Assembly: GCA_964522905.1 (NCBI GenBank) | Contig: CAZFXH010000340.1 | Span: 1-36,730 of the forward strand | DNA: 36,730 nucleotides | Direction of reading: 5' to 3' | From: an uncultured Anaerolineaceae bacterium | Lineage (GTDB): Bacteria; Chloroflexota; Limnocylindria; Limnocylindrales; CSP1-4 | In this document: in pieces, positions 7,842 to 17,237 of the stretch | How positions within the stretch are numbered: the first letter of the stretch is position 1 | Layout of the letters: the number at the start of each line of letters is the position of its first letter | Made by a program: the position numbers and the translations under genes | Notes under the pieces: model-generated | Databases searched by the model: none | Seen by the model: only the letters and a program-made list of their open reading frames with translations | What the model was told of the DNA's origin: nothing

Positions 7842-9157
7842 AGCCGCGGCCGCGATCGTGCCGCCAGGCGGTCCTGCAGCCGGAACCACTCCCCGGCGAA
7901 CGGCAGGAACCACGGCCGGCCTTCGTAGGGAGCCGGCACCAGGGGAAACTTGAGGCGTGTCAACGCCGGAGATTCCCCGCCGGCCAGCCACTGCCCGACC
8001 CGCGACCCGAGGTGGGTCATCAACGCCACGCCCGTGCCGCAGCAGCCCATCGCGTACGCAACACCGTCCCCGGTCCGCCCCACGTGCGGCATCCGGTCGA
8101 AGGTGAAGCCGACGTTCCCGCCCCAGGCGTACTCGATCCGGTAGTCGGCCAGCTGCGGGTGGACCTCCAGGAGCCCGCGATGGAGGATCCGCGCCGTCTT
8201 CTCGATCGAGGTCGGGAAAAATGACGCGCGCCCGCCGAAGACCATCCGGCGGTCGGCCGAGACGTGCCAGTAGTACAGGAAGTTCTTCGTGTCGAAGAAG
8301 GCGCGGCCCTTGGGCGAGAGCTCGTGTGCGAGATCGTCGGGCAGCACCTCAGACGCGATGATGAACGAGCCGATCGGGATGATGCGGCGGCGCAGCGACG
8401 GGACGACGCCGTCCGTGTAGCCGTTGGTGGCCACGAAGACGTCCCCTGCCAGGATCTCGCCGCGCGATGTCTCGACCAGGAAACGGCCGTCCGCCTGCCG
8501 CCGGATCGACCGCGCACGAACCCCTTCGTGCAGGTCCGCGCCCGCGCGCGCCGCAGCCGCTGCCAGCCCCGCGAAGTACCGGCCGGGGTGAAGCAGGCCG
8601 CTGCCCTCGACCGCCAGCGCCCCGTAGTAGGCATCGGTGCCGATCTCCTCGCGGATCCGCTCGCGAGGCACGACGGTGGAGCTCACCCCGACCGAGGCCA
8701 GGCTCGCCCTCGCGTGCTCGAGCTCGGGAACGTGCGAGGGCGCATACGCGAGCTCGAGGTGGCCGCCCTCCCGGAAGTCGCAATCGATCGCCTCCTCGGC
8801 GATGAGTCGCTTCACGAGGTCGTACGAGTCGAGCGTCTCGCGGTAGAGGGCCTTGCCGGTCTCGTCGCCGTAGCGCTGGATCAGCTGCCGGGCGCTCCAT
8901 TTGTAGCCGGCATGCACGATACCGCCGTTACGCGTCGACGCCCCCCAGCCCAGCGTGTGCGTCTCCAGGAGCGTCACCGCGATCCCACGCCGGGCCAGCT
9001 CCCGGGCGGCGTTGATCCCCGCGTACCCGCCACCGATCACGACGACGTCCGCCGAGTCCGGGAGGTCGCGGCCGGACCGATCCGGTAGCGGCGTCATCGA
9101 GGCCTGCCAGAACGGCCGGCGCTCGTAGTCGGCGTTCAGGGAGCCTGGTGAACCCAT
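7838..9157 (-). CDS. FAD-dependent oxidoreductase (DAO / amine-oxidase-like family)
   Basis: Rossmann dinucleotide motif VVVIGGGYAGINAARELARRGIAVTLLE. C-terminal ...GCCGTGV.... The ORF extends to 9253, and the ATG at 9157 (MGSPGSLNADYERRPFWQ) is the likely start. Its stop overlaps the stop of the convergent decarboxylase within the tetranucleotide CTAG. Confidence 0.85.
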   Translation of the reverse strand: MGSPGSLNADYERRPFWQASMTPLPDRSGRDLPDSADVVVIGGGYAGINAARELARRGIAVTLLETHTLGWGASTRNGGIVHAGYKWSARQLIQRYGDETGKALYRETLDSYDLVKRLIAEEAIDCDFREGGHLELAYAPSHVPELEHARASLASVGVSSTVVPRERIREEIGTDAYYGALAVEGSGLLHPGRYFAGLAAAAARAGADLHEGVRARSIRRQADGRFLVETSRGEILAGDVFVATNGYTDGVVPSLRRRIIPIGSFIIASEVLPDDLAHELSPKGRAFFDTKNFLYYWHVSADRRMVFGGRASFFPTSIEKTARILHRGLLEVHPQLADYRIEYAWGGNVGFTFDRMPHVGRTGDGVAYAMGCCGTGVALMTHLGSRVGQWLAGGESPALTRLKFPLVPAPYEGRPWFLPFAGEWFRLQDRLAARSRPRL

Positions 9158-9339
9158 GAGGTGGAGCGTACCGGAGCGCCGCCTCGCGCGCCCCATCCCA
9201 GTTCCCGCCAAGGTTCCCATCGGACTCTCGGGCGACCGAGCGACGAGCCCCATATCAAGCGTCGTCGGTTACGATCGCCAGGGAGTGCCGGCGGATCGGC
9301 GTCTCCTGCCAGGCCTACGGTCCATCGCTTGGGGGACGC

Positions 9340-10146
9340 GTGCGCACGATCGCGGTCATCAATCGCAAAGGAGGCAGTGGCAAGACGACGACGGCCGTCA
9401 ACACGGCCGCCGCGTTGGCCGGCTTCGGACGCTCGGTCCTTTTGATCGACGTCGATCCGCAGGGCAGCGCGTCGGACTGGCTCGACCGCGAGGGGTCCGA
9501 TCGGGGACTGCGCGAAGCGTTCACCGTGACGGGCGACCTCGCTCGGCTGGCCGTCCCTACCGACACGGCGAGGCTCCAGATCGTGCCCTCGACGCATTGG
9601 CTCGTCGTCGCCGAGAAGACGATGCTGGGCGATCTCAGCGTGGGCATCTCGCGGGCCCTCCAGCGGTTGCCACCTCGCTGGGATCTCGTCATCGTCGACT
9701 GTCCGCCCTCGCTGTCGTACCTTTCGATCGGGGTGCTGATGGGCGTCCGGGAGCTGATCATCCCGGTGGAAGCTCACTCGATGGCACTCAGCGGCGCTGT
9801 CGCCGTGATCGATGAGTTGCCGGCTGTGCGATCGTTGAATCCGAGCCTCGCAGAAATCTGCCTCCTGCCATGTCGCGTGACCCGGACACGCCACGCTCGG
9901 GCGGTCATCGAGTCCCTCGAGGCCGACTATCCGGCCGAGGTCTCGAACACCCGCATCCGCGAGAGCATCAAGCTCGCGGAGGCCGCCGAAGCGCGACAAC
10001 CCATCACGGCCTTCGCACCCGACGGTGTCGGCACCAGCGACTACCGGGGCTTCGCCCGGGAGCTGCTCCAGCGTGCTCCGCTCGCCGCCCCAGCCAAGGC
10101 GCCCTGGAGGCGGTCCCCAGTTTCGTTGCTGTCGAGAGATCGATGA
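9340..10146 (+). CDS. ParA/Soj/MinD-family P-loop ATPase (orphan ParA-like)
   Basis: Deviant Walker A INRKGGSGKTTTAVN. Also LLIDVDPQGSAS and Walker B-like DLVIVDCPPS. GTG start at 9340. Its stop overlaps the downstream ATG (ATGA at 10143-10146). Confidence 0.9.
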   Translation: MRTIAVINRKGGSGKTTTAVNTAAALAGFGRSVLLIDVDPQGSASDWLDREGSDRGLREAFTVTGDLARLAVPTDTARLQIVPSTHWLVVAEKTMLGDLSVGISRALQRLPPRWDLVIVDCPPSLSYLSIGVLMGVRELIIPVEAHSMALSGAVAVIDELPAVRSLNPSLAEICLLPCRVTRTRHARAVIESLEADYPAEVSNTRIRESIKLAEAAEARQPITAFAPDGVGTSDYRGFARELLQRAPLAAPAKAPWRRSPVSLLSRDR

Positions 10147-10856
10147 CCGAGCCTCGGCCTGAACCTGCCGCGACTGCAGCTGCTGTGGAGGCGCTGGTTC
10201 GATCGATCGAGGCCAAGGAGGCTCAGGACGCTCGCCCCGGCGCGGGCGTGGAGCCGACAGCGCGCCGAGCAGGCGATGCCGAGATGCCCGCCCCTGCCGT
10301 CGTCCTCGAACCGACGCCGCGGAAGCAGGATGAGCTGACCCGCTCCTCCGACCCACCGACCTCCAGAACTCGCCGGCCCGCGGCCACCGGCTGGGCATGG
10401 TCCTCCACCAGCCGCGGACCCCTCCCTGGTCTCGTCGATCGCCAACTGTGGGAGGCGCTCGTCGCCGAAGAGGCTGAGCGTCAACACCGGTACGGGCGAC
10501 CCACCGCCGTCGTCCTGGCCGAGCTGGACGGCCTCGATGCCCTGGTCGCGCGGATGGGCCCAGCGGCCATACACCGGCTGGTGCTTCCCTGCGTCGAGAT
10601 GCTCGCGTCGCTCACGCGCAGGTCCGACCGCATGACGCGGCTGACCAACTCGCGATTTGGCCTCCTCCTGCTCGAGACCGACGCTAGCGGGGCGGCCATG
10701 CTCGCTGCAAGGATCACAGTAGCCGCCGAGAAGCGGCTGTCCGGAAGTACGTGGCCGGTGCGGCTGATGGTCGGCTGGGCTGGTGCCTCGACCAGCGAGG
10801 ATCTCCGCCACGCGGTCCGCGCCGCCGACAGACACCTCCGCACGAGGCGCGACTGA
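10143..10856 (+). CDS. Protein with a disordered N-terminal ~100 aa and a degenerate (inactive) GGDEF-like domain
   Basis: The ATG at 10143 overlaps the ParA stop. The listed ORF start at 9870 lies inside parA in another frame. The C-terminal ~130 aa align to a diguanylate-cyclase fold: RYGRPTAVVLAELDGLDALVARMGPAAIHRLVLPCVEMLASLTRRSDRMTRLTNSRFGLLLLETD...VGWAG...ADRHL. TNSRF occupies the GG(D/E)EF position. RRSD sits exactly 5 residues upstream, at the RxxD I-site position. Confidence 0.7.
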   Translation: MTEPRPEPAATAAAVEALVRSIEAKEAQDARPGAGVEPTARRAGDAEMPAPAVVLEPTPRKQDELTRSSDPPTSRTRRPAATGWAWSSTSRGPLPGLVDRQLWEALVAEEAERQHRYGRPTAVVLAELDGLDALVARMGPAAIHRLVLPCVEMLASLTRRSDRMTRLTNSRFGLLLLETDASGAAMLAARITVAAEKRLSGSTWPVRLMVGWAGASTSEDLRHAVRAADRHLRTRRD

Positions 10857-10919
10857 ACGCACTGATCGAGCAGCGAGACGCGTCCAGGCCAGATTGCTGC
10901 CCGCCCGCGGAGCCTCCGA

Positions 10920-11147
10920 CTACGGTCGCGTGCTATTGGGGTCAGCGGAAGCCGGGAGGAACCAGTCAGGCTCCGGTGGGATGACCCGATCGGCCGTCTC
11001 GCCGTTGACGACCGCGAGATGCGTGAAGAACCGGGCGCGCCGATGCGAGACGATCCGCGCGTCCTGGCAGGGGCAGCCGTGCGCGAGGCAGCCCGACGGC
11101 CGTGAGGGACCTGCTCCTGACCTTTGCCTCGTATCGCTGACGTCCAT
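10920..11147 (-). CDS. Small (75 aa) Cys-containing hypothetical protein
   Basis: The ATG at 11147 is preceded by AGGAGA. G/C3 bias is genome-like from codon ~18 onward. Sequence ...GCLAHGCPCQDARIVSHRRARFFTHLAVVNGETADRVIPPEPDWF.... The upstream part of the listed 234-aa ORF overlaps the sigma-factor gene antisense and is discounted. Confidence 0.4.
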   Translation of the reverse strand: MDVSDTRQRSGAGPSRPSGCLAHGCPCQDARIVSHRRARFFTHLAVVNGETADRVIPPEPDWFLPASADPNSTRP

Positions 11148-11457
11148 GTCCTGTCTCCTGCGCCGAGTCTGGGCTCGACCCCGGATGCCCCGGATGAAAT
11201 GTGGTCCCCTCTGGATACGTTCGGTGACGCTGCGAGGACGCATTTCGTTGCATCCGCGAGCCAAGGTGTCGGCTGGCCGACGTCCAGCAAGCGGGCCGGG
11301 TTGGCGGGCAGACTGAACCTCGCGCTGTCCGCCGGCATCAAGTGGTCGAACGCGCGGTTCCTGGAGGCAGCCGATCCCACCCGCGACCGACCGGTCGCTC
11401 GTCGACCGGGCCCGCCACGGCGACCTCGACGCGTTCGAGGAGATCGTTCGCGCCCGA

Positions 11458-11925
11458 ATGGATGCCGTGTACCGCCTCTCATTCGCGATCCTCGCCGACG
11501 AGGCGGACGCCCGCGACGCCGCCCAGGACACCTTCGTGACCGCGTGGCGGCAGATCGGGAAGCTCCGCGACCCCGAGCGCTTCGACGCGTGGCTCCAGCG
11601 CGTGGCCGTCAATGCCGCCCGCATGACCCATCGGGCGCGCCGGCGCCGGGGCGTTCGCGAGATCGCGGCCAGCCGCGTCGGCGGTGCGGCCGACTTGCCC
11701 GCGACGGCGTCGCCCGTGGAAGCCGATGCTGGGACGCTTCAGACGGCGCTTGGCCGCCTGTCGATCGAGCAGCGATCCATCCTCGCGCTGCACCATCTCG
11801 AGGGCTATCCCGTGGCCGATCTCGCGGCGATCCTCGACGTCCCGATCGGGACCGTGAAGTCGCGTCTGCACACGGCCCGTCAGGCGCTCCAAGCGGCGAT
11901 CGATGCCGAAGGACGTGCCCGTTGA
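11458..11925 (+). CDS. ECF-type RNA polymerase sigma-70 factor; coordinates run from the first canonical start and the protein probably begins further upstream
   Basis: Region 2 DAAQDTFVTAWRQIGKLRDPERFDAWLQRVAVNAA. Region 4 LSIEQRSILALHHLEGYPVADLAAILDVPIGTVKSRLHTARQAL. The same frame upstream encodes the expected N-terminus (DRSLVDRARHGDLDAFEEIVRAR) but has no ATG/GTG/TTG back to the TGA at 11314. GGAGG-N6-ATC lies at 11363-11376. Confidence 0.85.
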   Translation: MDAVYRLSFAILADEADARDAAQDTFVTAWRQIGKLRDPERFDAWLQRVAVNAARMTHRARRRRGVREIAASRVGGAADLPATASPVEADAGTLQTALGRLSIEQRSILALHHLEGYPVADLAAILDVPIGTVKSRLHTARQALQAAIDAEGRAR

Positions 11926-13463
11926 GTCCTCTAGACGAGCCAGACCGCTGGGGAGACGACCGACTCGGGATGGCGTTCGCAGCGCTCGCGAATGCCCAGC
12001 CCGTGCCGACGGACATGACTCGCCGAGTCGTCGCCGGCATCAGGGCCGGCTCACATGGCCGGATGGCCGCGGGTTGGCATCGATTCGCCCCGGTCTTGAC
12101 CACCGCAACGATCGTGGGCGTGTTCGTGATCGGCCTCGCCATGCTGGGCCCGCTCCGAACCGGTCGCGGACTCCCGGAATCGACGGACGTACCACCTTCC
12201 GCCGGGCCAAGCACCGATCGAACGCCGATGTCGTCGGCGACGCTTCCGTCCAGCATCATGGGCATGCCGATCATCGGGGTAGGTGACGCGATCGCGGCCC
12301 GCGACAACGGCGTCAACGATCGGGAACTCGCCGTTCGCGGCTGGTTCTCCCCGATCGGTCCGATGCCCTGCCCGTACACGCCAGCGATGTCCCCGGTGCA
12401 GCCGGTGTGCCCGGATGCCTGGACCGTGCTCATGGAGGAGCCCCAGTCGCTGGTCACCGTCGTCCGGGACGGGTTCGAGGGCCGCGACCCGAGCGGCCCG
12501 TCGTTCCAGATCGACCTCGACGACCTCGATCGAACCTGGGCGCCAGATCTTCCGGCAGTCGGACCCGCCATGCCGATCGAACTCGTGGTCGTCGGCCACT
12601 TCGACGACCGACGGTCATTCGCCTGCCCAGGCGAGGTGGACCTTTGTCGCGATCGGTTCGTCGTCGATCGCGTCGCCTTTGCCGATGGTAGGCCGGTGCC
12701 GACGAGCGCGCTCGATCTTGTCGATGGCGGCGCTGTATCGACGGCGGCAGAGGTGGCGGCGACGGTCAGCGAAACCGTCCGAGGCGCAGAGTTCCTGTCG
12801 ATGGTTGCGGTCGATGGCGAGCTCGGGCTGCAACGGGTCGAGCCGTCGATCGGTGTGTTCGCTCGACTGCAGGGTCAGCGGGCGATATGGGTCGTCCGGC
12901 TCCTCGACCGCTGCGTCATCCGATGCACGGCCCGCGCGGGGGCTGGCGAGTTCGGCACGTACCTCCTGGTCGATGGCACCGATACGCTTTTCAAGATCGA
13001 CGCCGACAACGTGGCGACCCAGGTGGTCGGCACGCTCCCTGTCGCGTCGCCAGTTCCGTGGCCGCCCGACGGCGCGACGGTCATCGTCCTGCGGAGTCCG
13101 GTCGGAGAGGGCCGACCGCAGCCACGCGTCGCCGTCGTCGACCTGAGCGGCCGACTGACCTCCGCGCGCGAGGTTCGGGACTCGGATCCGCCGGTCACCA
13201 TCGTCGAGGAAGGTGATCGAGCCGGTTTCGCCCGTGATCGGGAAGGAGCCTACCGGTTGCGCTGGGCCGGCGGCATCTGCGACGGTGATCTGACGGTGAC
13301 GATCGCAGCCGATCTTCGCGGGATCGTCGTCGACGGCGGGCAACAGGTCGCCTGCGATGCCATGGGGATCGGCCGCGAGCTCGTGCTCAAGTTCTCCCAG
13401 CAGGTCGATCCAGCCGATGTCGACGTCATGTACACCGAGACCCGAGTCCCGGATCCCGACTGA
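11922..13463 (+). CDS. Membrane-anchored protein coupled to the ECF sigma (putative non-ZAS anti-sigma or sensor) with a large extracytoplasmic domain
   Basis: A TTG at 11922 overlaps the sigma stop (TTGA). An alternative ATG gives MAFAAL.... A short cytoplasmic segment is followed by one TM helix (VLTTATIVGVFVIGLAMLG) and then ~430 aa with paired cysteines (PCPYTPAMSPVQPVCPD and GHFDDRRSFACPGEVDLCRDRFVVDRV). The 5' 800 nt of the listed 779-aa ORF overlap other genes and are discounted. Confidence 0.7.
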   Translation: MSPLDEPDRWGDDRLGMAFAALANAQPVPTDMTRRVVAGIRAGSHGRMAAGWHRFAPVLTTATIVGVFVIGLAMLGPLRTGRGLPESTDVPPSAGPSTDRTPMSSATLPSSIMGMPIIGVGDAIAARDNGVNDRELAVRGWFSPIGPMPCPYTPAMSPVQPVCPDAWTVLMEEPQSLVTVVRDGFEGRDPSGPSFQIDLDDLDRTWAPDLPAVGPAMPIELVVVGHFDDRRSFACPGEVDLCRDRFVVDRVAFADGRPVPTSALDLVDGGAVSTAAEVAATVSETVRGAEFLSMVAVDGELGLQRVEPSIGVFARLQGQRAIWVVRLLDRCVIRCTARAGAGEFGTYLLVDGTDTLFKIDADNVATQVVGTLPVASPVPWPPDGATVIVLRSPVGEGRPQPRVAVVDLSGRLTSAREVRDSDPPVTIVEEGDRAGFARDREGAYRLRWAGGICDGDLTVTIAADLRGIVVDGGQQVACDAMGIGRELVLKFSQQVDPADVDVMYTETRVPDPD

Positions 13464-13466
13464 CGT

Positions 13467-14848
13467 TCAGTCTATCGGCGCCTCGTACGCGACCCGACCG
13501 TCGGCCATCGTCAGCAAGACCCGGCCCGGAAGGTCCATCCCGAGCAGCGGCGAATTCTTGCCGCGGGACGCGAGCGCCTCCGCCGAGACGGTCCAGCGCT
13601 CCGACCGATCGAACACGACGAGGTCCGCCGGCGCCCCTTCGACGAGGCCTACCGAGCCGTTGCGACGCGCCCGTGGGCCAAGCACCGCGGCCGGACCGAC
13701 GGTTAAGGCCGCGAGCGCCCGCGCCAGAGTCAGATGGCCCGAGTCGACCGCCTCGAGCACGAGCCCGAGCGCCGTCTCGATGCCGCTGATCCCGTTCGCG
13801 GCCATGCCGAACTCGACCGCCTTGTCGACCTCCGTGTGGGGTGCGTGGTCCGTCGCGATCGCGTCGGCCGTGCCGTCGGCAAGGGCGGCCAGGCAGGCCA
13901 TGACGTCGGCCGGTGTCCGGAGCGGCGGGTTCACGCGAAGCGATGACGCGTACGGCGCCGCCACCAATGCCCCGTCCCGCCACGGATCACCGTCCTCGCC
14001 GGCCTCCCACGCGAAACGGCGAGCGCCCGCGACCCACTCGTCGGTCAGTGCGAGGTGATGTGGCGTCACGTCGCAGGTGACGGGCAGGCCAGCCGCCTTG
14101 GCGCGGCGCACGAGCTCCAATGCCGCCGCCGTGGATACATGGGTCAGATGCAGTCGCGCTCCCGGGACGTCCCGCACGACGTCGGCGAGGATCGCCAGGT
14201 CCCGACCGACCGCCGCCTCCTCCGCTGCGACCGGCCACCCGCGCAGTCCCAGGACGGTCGCGACGAACCCGTCGTTCGCCTCGGCGCCGTCGGTGAGGGT
14301 CGCATCCTCGGGGTGGTCCACGATCGGCAGCCCGAGCGCGCCCGCGTAGGCGAGCGCGTTGCGCAGGATCGATGCGGAGCGGACCGGCGCACCGTCGTCG
14401 GAGAACCCCACGACGCCTGCGTCCGCGAGCTCGCCGAGTGCTGCGAGCGTCTCGCCGGCCCGTCCGGTCGACACCGCCCCGTAAGCCAGCAGCTCCACGG
14501 GCGAACCGGAGGCTGCAGCCGCCGCCCGGATCCCGGACAGCACGGCAGGTTCGTCGAGCGTCGGCGTCGTGTTCGGCATCGCGCAGACGGTCGTGAAGCC
14601 GCCGCGGGCGGCCGCCGCGAGTCCCGACGCCACGGTCTCGGCATCCTCGTTGCCGGGTTCGCGCAGGTGGATATGGAGATCGATGAACCCGGGCGCCACG
14701 ACGACACCACCAGCGTCGATGCCGTCGGCCTCCTCGCGTTCGAGCCATGTCACGGCCTCGAGGATCCCGTCCCGGACGACGATCTCACCGGGCCCTTCGC
14801 GCCCCGCGGCCGGATCCACCATCCAGGCGCGCCCGATGTCGAGGTCGG

Positions 14849-14852
<4 letters not shown>
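13467..14852 (-). CDS. pyrC: Dihydroorotase
   Basis: Metal-binding motif PGFIDLHIHLREPG. Also ...TCDVTPHHL... and ...IATDHAPH.... The ATG overlaps the pyrB stop (ATGA). Confidence 0.9.
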
Positions 14853-16615
<1,763 letters not shown>

Positions 16616-17173
16616 TCAGTAGACGTAGACCGTGACGTCCACCACCCCGCTCCACCACGGGCAGCCGCAGATGTCGAAGAAGTCCGGACGGTACAGGTCC
16701 ACGATCCGGGACGGCTTCTGCGGTCCGTAATCGTTCACCACGCGCTCGATGCAGCCGCCGCCACCGCAGATGATCACGATCGTGCCGCGGGGCAGGCGCA
16801 TCGCCGTGGTGCCGTTGTCGTAGAACGTGGCCTCGCCGCGGAGGGTGTATTTGGGTGGCTTGCGGCTCGAGCGCGAGTCGGGGGTGGGCTGCTGGACACG
16901 GGCCCGTGCCGAGGGCCCGGACTCGGGCGCTTCACCCGGCTCGATGAAGGGCGCTGCCTCGTGGACGAAGCCCGCCGACAGGAAGCCACCGTCGAGCCCC
17001 GCGATCGACAGGGCGGACGACGGATCAGACGCGGGGACCGGGAGCGACTGGAACGCGACGGCCGGTACGGGCTCCATGGCGTACGGGACGCGGGAGCCTG
17101 CGAGACCCGGCAGCGCGGCCAGGGCGAGGGCGGCAGTGAGCACCGACCCCACGACCAACCATCTGGGTCGCAC
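16616..17173 (-). CDS. RlpA-like double-psi beta-barrel (DPBB) secreted protein
   Basis: C-terminal DPBB-like core GEATFYDNGTTAMRLPRGTIVIICGGGGCIERVVNDYGPQKPSRIVDLYRPDFFDI. A GTG at 17173 gives a signal-peptide-like N-terminus (VRPRWLVVGSVLTAALALAALPGLAG). The ORF extension to 17293 overlaps the upstream gene. Confidence 0.75.
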   Translation of the reverse strand: MRPRWLVVGSVLTAALALAALPGLAGSRVPYAMEPVPAVAFQSLPVPASDPSSALSIAGLDGGFLSAGFVHEAAPFIEPGEAPESGPSARARVQQPTPDSRSSRKPPKYTLRGEATFYDNGTTAMRLPRGTIVIICGGGGCIERVVNDYGPQKPSRIVDLYRPDFFDICGCPWWSGVVDVTVYVY

Positions 17174-17237
17174 GATAGGCGGGGAACGATACGACGATAT
17201 GGGCCCGTTTGCACGCCCGCCGTGTCGGCGGGGGATC

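Noticed and set aside
9190-9225. Two GTTCCC hexamers 16 nt apart upstream of parA, considered as a possible centromere-like or operator repeat.
   Set aside because: There are only two short copies. That is well within chance expectation, and there is no array or palindrome.
9136-10398. A 420-aa minus-strand ORF opposite parA and the GGDEF-like gene.
   Set aside because: It is an antisense shadow with low-complexity Arg/Pro/Gly composition. The plus-strand genes carry diagnostic motifs.
11195-11221. TGAAAT-N17-CGTT upstream of the first ECF sigma, as a possible autoregulated ECF promoter.
   Set aside because: The -35 element deviates from the GGAAC-type consensus, and I have no second copy elsewhere in the window for comparison. 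It is too weak to call.
11124-11921. The N-terminal ~265 codons of the 779-aa plus-strand ORF.
   Set aside because: This part is Arg/Pro-rich nonsense that overlaps the ECF sigma gene in a different frame. The real gene in this frame most plausibly begins at the TTG at 11922, which overlaps the sigma stop.
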